Source: Hyphomicrobiales bacterium (GTDB taxonomy: Bacteria; Pseudomonadota; Alphaproteobacteria; Rhizobiales; NORP267). Taken from it: a stretch of DNA of 64,000 nucleotides. The notes under the pieces are model-generated. The model was not told the origin of the DNA and did not search any database. It saw nothing but the letters and a program-made list of their open reading frames with translations. Below, one piece after another: positions 36,158 to 44,847 of the stretch. Within the stretch, counting starts at the first letter, position 1. Each line of letters begins with the position of its first letter. The DNA lies in contig JAJFGZ010000050.1 in assembly GCA_021775855.1 (NCBI GenBank), positions 23,335 to 87,334 on the forward strand, given 5' to 3'. The translations under genes and the position numbers were made by a program.

Positions 36158-37186
36158 GTGACAATCCCGCCCATTAGCGCGACCGGATCGCAGGAGCTGG
36201 TTGATCCCTTTGGACGGCACGTATCGTATTTGCGTGTCTCGGTGACCGACCGGTGCGATTTCCGCTGTGTCTATTGCATGTCGGAAAACATGACATTCTT
36301 ACCCAAGAAGGACGTGCTCAGTCTGGAGGAGCTTGACCGGCTGTGTTCGGCCTTTGTGGCAAAGGGCGTCCGCAAACTCCGGATCACGGGCGGCGAGCCG
36401 CTGGTGCGGCGGAATATCATGAGCCTGTTCCGGGCCCTTGGCCGTCATCTGGAAACTGGCATGCTCGACGAATTAACGCTGACCACCAATGGCAGCCAAT
36501 TGCCGAAATATGCCAAGGAACTCTACGATTCCGGCGTACGGCGGATCAACGTGTCGATCGATACGCTGGACGCTGACAGATTCCAATCAATCACCCGGTG
36601 GGGGTCCCTCGACAAAGTCATGGCCGGGCTTGAGGCGGCGGAGAAGGCCGGCCTTCAGATAAAAATCAACGCGGTCGCCCTCAAAGGCGTCAACGAGCAC
36701 GAAATCCCGTCGATGATCCAGTGGGCCCATGGCCGGGGTTACGACCTGACCCTGATCGAGACCATGCCGCTTGGCGAAATCGAGGAAGACCGGACGGATC
36801 AATATCTGTCCCTGTCACAAGTGCGGGCAGGCCTTGAGGAAAACTGGACACTCAACGAAATTCCACACAAGACGGGTGGCCCGGCCCGCTACGTAAATAT
36901 CGAGGAAACCGGCGGACGGCTTGGATTTATCACGCCGCTGAGCCATAATTTCTGCGAAAGCTGCAACCGCGTACGGGTTACGTGTACTGGCACGCTTTAT
37001 ATGTGTTTGGGCCAGGACGACGCGGCCGACCTGTGCACGCCGCTGCGTGCCTCCGAGGGCGATAACCTGCTCTCGCAGGCCATCGATGAGGCGATCGGGC
37101 GCAAACCCAAAGGTCATGATTTCATCATCGACCGGGATTCTCGAAGCCCGGCCGTCGGCCGGCATATGAGCGTAACCGGAGGGTAA
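36158..37186 (+). CDS. moaA: GTP 3',8-cyclase MoaA (radical SAM)
   Basis: GTG start. [16 protein letters not shown] radical-SAM cluster motif and C-terminal [13 protein letters not shown]. 342 aa. Confidence 0.9.
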   Translation: MTIPPISATGSQELVDPFGRHVSYLRVSVTDRCDFRCVYCMSENMTFLPKKDVLSLEELDRLCSAFVAKGVRKLRITGGEPLVRRNIMSLFRALGRHLETGMLDELTLTTNGSQLPKYAKELYDSGVRRINVSIDTLDADRFQSITRWGSLDKVMAGLEAAEKAGLQIKINAVALKGVNEHEIPSMIQWAHGRGYDLTLIETMPLGEIEEDRTDQYLSLSQVRAGLEENWTLNEIPHKTGGPARYVNIEETGGRLGFITPLSHNFCESCNRVRVTCTGTLYMCLGQDDAADLCTPLRASEGDNLLSQAIDEAIGRKPKGHDFIIDRDSRSPAVGRHMSVTGG

Positions 37187-37275
37187 CGCATTTACTATTT
37201 GATCTGCTCTTGGTGTCCCGTCGTTAGTGCAAACGCCGGAATTCGGGAGGCGTTCGTGTCGTCGGGGCCTTCAAA

Positions 37276-37521
37276 TCACTCCAAAAATGTCACCAGTTCG
37301 TCCATCGGGGCGCGGTCGGTACGCCAATTGTTGATCGGCGCGGTTTTATCCTCGTAGCCGATGCTAATGCCCGCGAAGAAAATAAAATCATCAGGAATCG
37401 GGATGTGAATGCGCACTACGTCGTTCCATTGGGCCCAGGCTTCCTGGGGACAAGTGGCGAGCCCCTGCTCGTGCGCCAGCAACATGATCGTTTGCAAATA
37501 CATGCCCATGGCCGCCTGCAA
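37276..37521 (-). pseudogene. Nitroreductase gene fragment (C-terminal ~76 codons only), a paralogous copy of the 3' end of 39171-39848
   Basis: ...GMYLQTIMLLAHEQGLATCPQEAWAQWNDVVRIHIPIPDDFIFFAGISIGYEDKTAPINNWRTDRAPMDELVTFLE differs from the full-length gene's C-terminus at 2 residues. The N-terminal two-thirds are missing. Confidence 0.75.
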
Positions 37522-37617
37522 AACCGCCTTATCTCGATACCTTAAAACAAAATGCTTGCATTACATAAATGTCTATTTATATAATACATCAACCGTCATT
37601 GATGTAAGGATTTAAGA

Positions 37618-38241
37618 ATGATCTTGCACGGATTAATCCCCTCACCGTTTTCACGAAAGGTCGTTGTCGTCTTGGAAGAGAAGGGCATAGCCCATGAAAC
37701 GCGCGACTTGGAGCCCTTTCCCAAACGCGATGAACTTGCTGACATGAATCCCTTGCAGCTCATCCCGATACTGGAACATGATGGGCGACTGATACCGGAT
37801 TCGTCGGTGATCGTTGCGTATCTTGAGCGGCTGTATCCGAATCGTTCCGTCTATCCGAGCGACCTCCGCGACTATGCACAAGCGTTGTTTCTCGAAGAAT
37901 ATTCCGATACCTGCGTGACCGATGCTATTGCTCCGGTTTTTCGAGAACGGTTTGTGAAACCGCATGCCATGAACGAAGAACCAGATGAATCCATCGTGAA
38001 GTCAGCAATGAACGAGGGATTGCCACCCGTGTTCGACTATTTGGAAAGTCGTCTGGAAACAGGCCGTTCGACGTTTCTCAACGAATTCACGGTCGCAGAT
38101 GCAGCGTTAGGAACGACCCTCACATCACTGCATTTGGCAAACGAACAAATCGACCCTACCAAGTGGCCGAAACTCGTGGCTTATCATGCTGCATTGCTTG
38201 AGCGTCCATCGTTTCAAAAAGCCCTACCGATGGCAGCTTGA
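37618..38241 (+). CDS. Glutathione S-transferase
   Basis: 207 aa. N-terminal thioredoxin-like domain (SPFSRKV, IPILEHDG, DSSVIVAYLE) and a helical C-terminal domain. Confidence 0.8.
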   Translation: MILHGLIPSPFSRKVVVVLEEKGIAHETRDLEPFPKRDELADMNPLQLIPILEHDGRLIPDSSVIVAYLERLYPNRSVYPSDLRDYAQALFLEEYSDTCVTDAIAPVFRERFVKPHAMNEEPDESIVKSAMNEGLPPVFDYLESRLETGRSTFLNEFTVADAALGTTLTSLHLANEQIDPTKWPKLVAYHAALLERPSFQKALPMAA

Positions 38242-38564
38242 GCATGGCAAATTTGATGGAGGTTATAGCCGATCCGATGCGACGAGAAATTCTCCGCGAA
38301 GTTTGGAACGAAGAAAAATCCGTCGGCACGCTAGTTGATATATTCGACGTCACCCAACCCGCGATTTCATTTCATTTGCGGGTGCTACGCGAGCATGATC
38401 TTGTAGGGCTTCGGAAGGAAGGTATATATCATTACTATCAGGCTTTCCCCGATAATTTTGGCGCGTTGCGCGAATACCTTGAATCATACTGGCGTGATCG
38501 ACTTTCGCGCCTGAAAGATCAAGCAGAGCTTGAAGCGCGTAGGGAGCGTCGTCGTGGAAAATAA
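38238..38564 (+). CDS. ArsR/SmtB-family metalloregulator-type HTH repressor
   Basis: ADPMRREILREVWNEEKSVGTLVDIFDVTQPAISFHLRVLREHDLV. 4-nt overlap with the GST gene. Confidence 0.85.
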   Translation: MSMANLMEVIADPMRREILREVWNEEKSVGTLVDIFDVTQPAISFHLRVLREHDLVGLRKEGIYHYYQAFPDNFGALREYLESYWRDRLSRLKDQAELEARRERRRGK

Positions 38565-39042
38565 CTCGTTCGAATTTACCACCGAGATAGATATCGAAGC
38601 CCCTCCAGAACTGGTCTTTCGATTTTTCACAGAGTCCGACCTAGTGACGCGATGGCACGGCACGTATGCGGAATGCGACGCTCGATCAGGCGGTGTTTTC
38701 TTTCTCAACGTGACGGGAGAAGACACAAAGATCGGCGAATTCGTCGAGGTTGACCCTCCGCACCGCGTGGTTTTCACTTGGGGTCACGAGGCGGGGTTGG
38801 ATGATTTCCAGCCCGGCTCATCTACTGTCGAAGCCACGTTTGAGCCGATCACATCAGGGACGCGAGTTCGCATTCGCCACCATTCCATCCCGACTCAGCA
38901 TCACCGCGATACGCACAAAGTAGGTTGGGGTCACTATCTGGGCAGACTAGCGAAAGTGGCTGCCGGAAACGATGCAGGCGTAGACCCTTGGCGCAAATGT
39001 GACCCACCGCAGGCACAGGCGGAACAAAGAACCGGCGGGTAA
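38530..39042 (+). CDS. SRPBCC/AHSA1 (Aha1-like, START-fold) protein; the true start is probably the GTG near 38555
   Basis: FEFTTEIDIEAPPELVFRFFTESDLVTRWHG... and VVFTWGHE are typical of ArsR-linked AHSA1-domain proteins. Confidence 0.75.
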   Translation: MKRVGSVVVENNSFEFTTEIDIEAPPELVFRFFTESDLVTRWHGTYAECDARSGGVFFLNVTGEDTKIGEFVEVDPPHRVVFTWGHEAGLDDFQPGSSTVEATFEPITSGTRVRIRHHSIPTQHHRDTHKVGWGHYLGRLAKVAAGNDAGVDPWRKCDPPQAQAEQRTGG

Positions 39043-39050
39043 TAAATTCC

Positions 39051-39080
39051 GTCATTCCGGCGAACGCAGGAATCCAGGGC
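39051..39080. repeat. REP/MITE-like hairpin element (GTCATTCC-GGCGAACGC-AGGAATCCAGGGC)
   Basis: Resembles the widespread proteobacterial 'GTCATTCCCGCGAAGGCGGGAATCC' intergenic repeat. Imperfect hairpin ATTCCGGCG-AA-CGCAGGAAT. Confidence 0.45.
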
Positions 39081-39170
39081 GGACCCTCAACTTGCTCGCT
39101 AGTCTCCTTAGACCCTGGCTTTCACCGGGGTGCCGAGCGAAGATGTGCTAATACAGTTGGAGCTACCAGA

Positions 39171-39848
39171 TCATTCCAGAAAAGTCACAAGCTCCTCCAT
39201 CGGGGCGCGGTCTGTGCGCCAATTGTTGATCGGGGCAGCTTTATCCTCGTAGCCGATGCTGATGCCCGCAAAAAAAATAAAATCATCAGGAATCGGGATG
39301 TGGATGCGCACTACGTCGTTCCATTGGGCCCAGGCTTCCTGGGGACACGTGGCGAGCCCCTGCTCGTGCGCCAGCAACATGATTGTCTGCAGATACATGC
39401 CGACGTCCGACCATTGACCAGGCTGCATCTCCCGTCCAAGGGCAAATAACAGCAATGTGGGCGCCCCGAAACATTCGTAATTGCGGGCAAGCTGTCGCAA
39501 ACGCGCCGGGCGGTCGTCGCGCGGGATGTCGATCGCAGCATAAAGGTCTTCACCGCATTTGAAGCGCCTCGAGCGGTAGGGTTCGCCCAGTTTTTCGGGG
39601 TAGATGCGGTATTCGTTCTGACCGCCGCGTTTTTCAGCGCTGATTTCCGCGCGGATCGCTTCCTGCAGGTTGCTCAACCGCTCGCTGCCCACGACCCAGG
39701 TTCGCCACGGCTGGACATTGCCGCCGGACGGGGATTGACGCGCTTTGTCGAGGATTTCTTTGAGCGTGTTGTCAGGAACAGGTCGATCGGGCTGAAACGC
39801 GCGGCACGAATAACGACCGAGCACGGCGTCAGATACAGATATTGTCAT
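39171..39848 (-). CDS. Nitroreductase-family (FMN) oxidoreductase, full length
   Basis: 225 aa. RYSCRAF, SPSGGNVQPW, and a C-terminus shared with the fragment at 37276-37521. Confidence 0.8.
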   Translation of the reverse strand: MTISVSDAVLGRYSCRAFQPDRPVPDNTLKEILDKARQSPSGGNVQPWRTWVVGSERLSNLQEAIRAEISAEKRGGQNEYRIYPEKLGEPYRSRRFKCGEDLYAAIDIPRDDRPARLRQLARNYECFGAPTLLLFALGREMQPGQWSDVGMYLQTIMLLAHEQGLATCPQEAWAQWNDVVRIHIPIPDDFIFFAGISIGYEDKAAPINNWRTDRAPMEELVTFLE

Positions 39849-39922
39849 GGGATATTCCGAAATTGGTTTGCGGGACTATTTGCCGAAGAGTCTAGTCCCG
39901 GCTATTCCCGAAATCCAGATGC

Positions 39923-41074
39923 TTAGCCCTGAATCAGGAATGCAGTAGCAAACATCACCACGATTCCGCCGAGAAAACCAGAAATCCCGGCACGGCTGAA
40001 CCAGATCTGGGTAGCGCCGCTTGTCGAGCGCTGCATCGCTGAACCAACTTCGATGATGACCTGGAGGATGGCGCCCGCGCCGACGCCAAATGCGAGAGCG
40101 GTCCAGAAAGGCGACACCGCGAAGGTGCCGACAATGGTACCCAGGCTCGCAGGCGCGCCGGCGATCAGTGCCAGTCCAATGAGTAGAAACGGTGACACAT
40201 TTTCCCTCCGGACCGGGGCCAGAATGGCGATCCCTTCGGTGACGTTGTGGATCGCGAATCCAAGCACCAGGAAGGATGCGAGCGCGACTTCGCCGACCGC
40301 GAAAGAAGCTCCGATCGCGAGCCCTTCCCCAAGATTGTGGATCCCGATGCCGATTGCGATAAAGAGCGCTAGAGACACGCCTTCGGGAGGTTTGCCGCTC
40401 CGCCTGCCAATCGCCAGCAGCGTCAACAGGGTAACCAGGCCCCCGAGCCAGACTGCGGTCGTGGCCTTCAGGCTTGAAATTGCCGTTGCTGCGACGTCGA
40501 GACCTTCCTGCAGGGTGTCGAGAAGCAGGAACACCAACAGACCGATGGTCAGCGCCATCGCAAAGTGACGCCCCTGTTCGCCAAAACTCACTAACCCCGG
40601 GTAGAATGCGTACCCGATCAGAATTGGCACGACACCTACAAACAGGCCTATCAAGGCAAGGCTCAGCAGATTGGCCACATCGTGAGTTGGCGTCACAATC
40701 GCCGCTTCGATTGTGTGATCAAAGGTCAATCCAGACCGGGTTACAAATCGCAAATGATAGGTATCCCCGTTGATCCAGGAATAAGGGATCAGAAAAACCG
40801 CACTGCCAAGATGGCTAATCGGGCCGGGCGGCGTTTGGGTGAAGGTCCGGTACGCGCTATCGACTTGGACCTGCGCCACGCTGACCGGCTCTGAACCGGC
40901 GGCGCGGACCGAGACGTGGAAACCCTCTGCGTCAATCTTGACAAATTCTATACTGATATCTTCGGAGGGCGGGGTTCCCTGGCTCAGACGGTCAAATGGA
41001 CGAAATATCAAGAATATTGCGACTAGCCCAGCCACCAGTAAAAACGGCACGATGAGAGACAATCTTGCCGACAT
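39923..41074 (-). CDS. ZIP-family (ZupT/GufA-like) metal transporter with a ~130-aa N-terminal TM plus periplasmic extension
   Basis: HNLGEGLAIG and HNVTEGIAI motifs in the C-terminal TM bundle. 383 aa. 2-nt gap after the multicopper oxidase gene. Confidence 0.75.
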   Translation of the reverse strand: MSARLSLIVPFLLVAGLVAIFLIFRPFDRLSQGTPPSEDISIEFVKIDAEGFHVSVRAAGSEPVSVAQVQVDSAYRTFTQTPPGPISHLGSAVFLIPYSWINGDTYHLRFVTRSGLTFDHTIEAAIVTPTHDVANLLSLALIGLFVGVVPILIGYAFYPGLVSFGEQGRHFAMALTIGLLVFLLLDTLQEGLDVAATAISSLKATTAVWLGGLVTLLTLLAIGRRSGKPPEGVSLALFIAIGIGIHNLGEGLAIGASFAVGEVALASFLVLGFAIHNVTEGIAILAPVRRENVSPFLLIGLALIAGAPASLGTIVGTFAVSPFWTALAFGVGAGAILQVIIEVGSAMQRSTSGATQIWFSRAGISGFLGGIVVMFATAFLIQG

Positions 41075-41076
41075 GT

Positions 41077-42255
41077 TTACACCACCTCGAAATGGGCCAT
41101 CCAGCCCAGTTCGGCGAATTCAGCCTGGTGGGCGTGGAACATGTACATGCCCGGACCGTGGTCTTCGAAGGTAAACTCTATGATACCGCGCTGGGCCTGA
41201 CACTGCATAACGGTGTCGATGGTTTTATGGGTCGGCTCCAGGGTGGTGCCGTGGTCGTAATAATTGAAAAAATTGGCGTGCAGGTGGAACGAATTTATGG
41301 GGTCGAACTCTGTTATATTGACCAGGTAAATCCTGACCGGCTTGTCCCGTGTGATCCGGACGGGTTTTTTCTCGAACGCGAAAGCAATGGAATTGACGGC
41401 GTAAATTTCGTTGTCGTCATCGAAATTTGTATCAAACCCGTTCATCACCATTACAAATTCCTGCCATTGCCGGTTCTCGGGCGAACCAAGCAGGCGGCTC
41501 TGGGCGACGTCTTCAAATTCGGGGTGCCGCGCTGGGTCGGGATCGACAATGAATGCCCCGTACAAACCACGATGCAGGTGGCGCTTAAACGGAAACGAGT
41601 GGCAGTGATATAAGTGACAGCCAAACGGCTCGGCAAAAAACTCGTAAGTGAATTCATCCCCCGGAATGACCTCGCCGGCGCCGGGTACGCCGTCCATGTT
41701 GGCGGCATGGATGCCGTGGAAATGCATGGTGTGGGGGTGACTGCCCTCGTTCATAAAATGGATGCGGATCAATTCCCCCTCGGTCGCCCTGAGGGCGGGT
41801 CCGGGTACCCGGCCGTTATAGGTCCAGGCGGGAAAAAACACTCCGGGAGCTATTTCAATATCTTTGTCGACCGCCGTGACGTTGAACGTTCGGACGACCT
41901 GCCCGTCAGGCGCGGTTGTAACAATCCCGGTCTCCCAATCGGTCAGCATATCGTAGGGATCGAAGCCGTTGCGGGCGTGATCCACTTCACCCACCACGGA
42001 GTTTTCGCCAAAGGCACCGTGACCAGGAACACCCGTATAGGAGGATGCGTTTTGAAACGAGCCGGGAATTCGCCCGTCCGTACGGCCGATCGCTCTGCTA
42101 TCCAACAGGGCATCCGCCGGTGTCACACCACTTCCCAGCCGTGCCGCCGCTGTCCCGCTCACCAGCGCGCCAGTGCCCGTGGCTAATCCCGCCTTCAGCA
42201 GGCCGCGTCGCGACAACAGGCGTTTCAACAAATTTGTGGATCCGGCCATCATCAA
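41077..42255 (-). CDS. Tat-exported two-domain multicopper oxidase
   Basis: Tat motif SRRGLLKAG. Cu-ligand patterns HTMHFHG, CHLYHCH (H-C-H type 1/trinuclear link), FHLH and MFHAH. 392 aa is too short for a 3-domain laccase. Confidence 0.75.
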   Translation of the reverse strand: MMMAGSTNLLKRLLSRRGLLKAGLATGTGALVSGTAAARLGSGVTPADALLDSRAIGRTDGRIPGSFQNASSYTGVPGHGAFGENSVVGEVDHARNGFDPYDMLTDWETGIVTTAPDGQVVRTFNVTAVDKDIEIAPGVFFPAWTYNGRVPGPALRATEGELIRIHFMNEGSHPHTMHFHGIHAANMDGVPGAGEVIPGDEFTYEFFAEPFGCHLYHCHSFPFKRHLHRGLYGAFIVDPDPARHPEFEDVAQSRLLGSPENRQWQEFVMVMNGFDTNFDDDNEIYAVNSIAFAFEKKPVRITRDKPVRIYLVNITEFDPINSFHLHANFFNYYDHGTTLEPTHKTIDTVMQCQAQRGIIEFTFEDHGPGMYMFHAHQAEFAELGWMAHFEVV

Positions 42256-42334
42256 TACTCTTTGACGGTCGCATGGACCGGTTGCTTTCCAAATCCGAAA
42301 AAAGTCCAGTTTAGAACGGTTCCGACCCTAGACC

Positions 42335-42385
42335 AGAATGCGAATAAGTTGCAATAGCAATATTCTTTAGAATGCGAATAAGTTG
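42335..42385. promoter_or_regulatory. Two exact 17-bp direct repeats AGAATGCGAATAAGTTG (42335-42351, 42369-42385) in a divergent promoter region
   Basis: Read directly from the sequence, 34-bp period. Lies between the multicopper oxidase (-) and thioesterase (+) starts. Confidence 0.45.
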
Positions 42386-42479
42386 AAACTGCAATAAGAC
42401 GCTTGTTTTGTGCCCCCCATTACGCCAAGGGTTAGGGGTCAAATTTAGCGGACGTACGGGATCATGGAGCAGGGACGAA

Positions 42480-42866
42480 ATGTGCGGATTTTCCTACCGG
42501 GGACAGATAGAATTCGAAATTCTCGCGGTAGACGACATGTCTGCAACGGCAAATATGCCGGTGATTGAGGGAATACGGAATCCGTTCGGCACGGTCCATG
42601 CGGGTGCTATTCTCTGGTTTGCCGATGTCACTGCGACCGTTCTCGCGATGGGCAAAATGGACGCAGCCGAGGCCGAACCCGGGTTTCCCCTGGCGATCAA
42701 TCTGTCCGCAAACCTGATCGGTAACGTCAAAGAGGGTGATTTGCGTGCCACTGCACGCTTTGTCAAAAAGGGGCGCCGGGTGACAACGATCCGCACTGAA
42801 ATTACCGACGAAAATAACCGGCTGCTGGTGGATATGACCACCACCCATGTCCCGTCCGGGTCGTAA
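42480..42866 (+). CDS. PaaI/hotdog-fold thioesterase
   Basis: I prefer the internal ATG at 42480. NPFGTVHAGAILWFADVTA is a typical PaaI-family motif. Confidence 0.7.
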   Translation: MCGFSYRGQIEFEILAVDDMSATANMPVIEGIRNPFGTVHAGAILWFADVTATVLAMGKMDAAEAEPGFPLAINLSANLIGNVKEGDLRATARFVKKGRRVTTIRTEITDENNRLLVDMTTTHVPSGS

Positions 42867-42876
42867 AGCCAATCCA

Positions 42877-43770
42877 ATGCCCCAGAACAACACCCTCGGC
42901 GTAATCACCATGCTTGCGGCCATGGCGTTCCTGATCGTGAACGACGCCATTGTGAAATATACCAGCAGCAGCCTGCCAACCGGGGAAATCATATTCGTGC
43001 GCGGATTGATGGCCAGCGCCATCATCTTGACGGTGTCTTGGCTGCGCGGCGAATTTTCGCGGTGGCGCAGCCTGTTGCAGAAAGGCGTTGTCTTGCGAAC
43101 TTTAGGTGAGACCATTGCAACAATGTTCTATCTGTCCGCTCTGGTCCTGATGCCGATCGGAAATGTGACCGCCATCCTCCAGGTAGCGCCATTGATGGCA
43201 ACAGCAGGGTCCGCGATTTTTTTGAAGGAACAGGTTGGCCTGCGCCGTTGGATGGCGGCCATTGCCGGTTTTCTTGGGGTGCTTCTGATTATTAAGCCCG
43301 GCGCTGAGGGGTTCAACATTGCATCAATGCTGGCGCTGGCCGGGGTGTTCTTTGTATCAGTGCGCGATGTCGCAACCCGAACGATCCATCCACACGCGCC
43401 TTCATTCTTGATCACGGCTGCGAGCGCCATTACGGTTTCAATTGCAGGGTTTATTTATAGCCTGTTTGACGCCTGGGTGCCGCTAAATAGTGGAGATATG
43501 ATCGGCCTCGGGTTTGCTTCGGTCTGCATTCTTGGCGGGTATTATTTTACCCTGATTGCCTTCCGGGTCGGCGAAGTGTCGTTCATTTCCCCGTTCCGCT
43601 ATTCGATCATTATATGGGCAATTCTACTCGGCTATTTTGTCTGGGGCGATATTCCGGATAACCTGACATTTGTGGGAATATTCGTCGTCATTGCCGCCGG
43701 GGTCTACACTTTCCGGCGGGAAGCACGACCTACACGTATCAGCACCACACATCCAGAGGACAAGCCATGA
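42877..43770 (+). CDS. DMT-superfamily (EamA-like) transporter
   Basis: About 10 TM helices with two EamA-like halves. Start at MPQNNTLGV preferred. Confidence 0.75.
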   Translation: MPQNNTLGVITMLAAMAFLIVNDAIVKYTSSSLPTGEIIFVRGLMASAIILTVSWLRGEFSRWRSLLQKGVVLRTLGETIATMFYLSALVLMPIGNVTAILQVAPLMATAGSAIFLKEQVGLRRWMAAIAGFLGVLLIIKPGAEGFNIASMLALAGVFFVSVRDVATRTIHPHAPSFLITAASAITVSIAGFIYSLFDAWVPLNSGDMIGLGFASVCILGGYYFTLIAFRVGEVSFISPFRYSIIIWAILLGYFVWGDIPDNLTFVGIFVVIAAGVYTFRREARPTRISTTHPEDKP

Positions 43771-44843
43771 CCTGGCCGACAACAAGATTGACAGACCTGT
43801 TGGGTATCGAACACCCGATCATCCAGGCGCCGATGGCCGGGGCTTCGACGCCAGCGCTTGCCGCCGCCGTGTCCAACGCCGGCGGGCTTGGCTCGCTCGG
43901 GTGCGCAATTCAAACCGCCGAGGTGTTTCGCTCCGATATCGGGGCCACGCAAAAAGCTACCAATCGGCCCATCCACGTCAATTTTTTTGCCCACGAAGCG
44001 CCCACACCCGACGACGCAAAAGCTGCCCGAGCCACCGAGTTGCTGGCGCCATACTATGAGGAACTTGGGCTTGGAGATGTGCCGCCCGCTATCGCCACAC
44101 ATTTTCCGTTCGATGCAGCGATGCTCGATGCGGTTCTGGCGGTCCGGCCCCAGATTATCAGTTTCCATTTTGGATTACCCGAAGAAGAACTGGTCCGCGC
44201 CATCAAGGATGCCGGGATTATTCTGCTAAGTTCGGCGACTTCGGTGCGGGAAGCGGTTGACCTAGAAAAGCGCAGCGTTGATGCCGTAATCGCGCAGGGC
44301 TGGGAAGCCGGCGGTCATCGCGGCACATATCTGTCGTCATTCGAAGGCGCACGTGCAGGAACTATGTCGCTCGTCCCCCAGGTGGTAGACGCGGTCAATG
44401 TGCCGGTGATCGCCGCAGGCGGGATCGCCGACGGGCGGGGAATAGCGGCGGCGTTCGCCCTCGGTGCCAGTGGCGTGCAGATAGGTACGGCCTTCCTGAC
44501 CTGCATGGAGGCCGGAATTCCGGACATCCACAAAGAGATATTGTTGAAATCCAGCGACGACGATACCCGCGTCACCAAGGCCTTTTCCGGCCGCCCGGCC
44601 CGCGGCATCGTCAACCGCTATATCGAGGATATGGCGGCGTTTGAGAACGACCTTCCCGATTTTCCACTGGTCAACACCCTGACCGGCCCATTGCGCAAGG
44701 CCAGCGCCGCCAGAGGCGAAGGTGATTTTATCGCGCTCTGGTCCGGCCAGAGCGTCGGGCTCAACCGCGCTATGCCGGCGGGCGAGCTGTTTGACAAACT
44801 GGTCGAAGAGGCGCAAAGCGTGCTACAGCACGGAAATAAATAA
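43767..44843 (+). CDS. Nitronate monooxygenase (NMO / 2-nitropropane dioxygenase family)
   Basis: LLGIEHPIIQAPMAGAS, IAAGGIADGRG and GASGVQIGTAF. Confidence 0.85.
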   Translation: MTWPTTRLTDLLGIEHPIIQAPMAGASTPALAAAVSNAGGLGSLGCAIQTAEVFRSDIGATQKATNRPIHVNFFAHEAPTPDDAKAARATELLAPYYEELGLGDVPPAIATHFPFDAAMLDAVLAVRPQIISFHFGLPEEELVRAIKDAGIILLSSATSVREAVDLEKRSVDAVIAQGWEAGGHRGTYLSSFEGARAGTMSLVPQVVDAVNVPVIAAGGIADGRGIAAAFALGASGVQIGTAFLTCMEAGIPDIHKEILLKSSDDDTRVTKAFSGRPARGIVNRYIEDMAAFENDLPDFPLVNTLTGPLRKASAARGEGDFIALWSGQSVGLNRAMPAGELFDKLVEEAQSVLQHGNK

Positions 44844-44847
44844 CGTT

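Noticed and set aside
37276-39848. Calling the GST-ArsR-SRPBCC region a mobile element or genomic island.
   Set aside because: No integrase, transposase, terminal inverted repeats or tRNA target are visible. Only the flanking gene-fragment duplication and the apparent compositional shift support foreign origin. I report it as a finding, not as a mobile_element feature.
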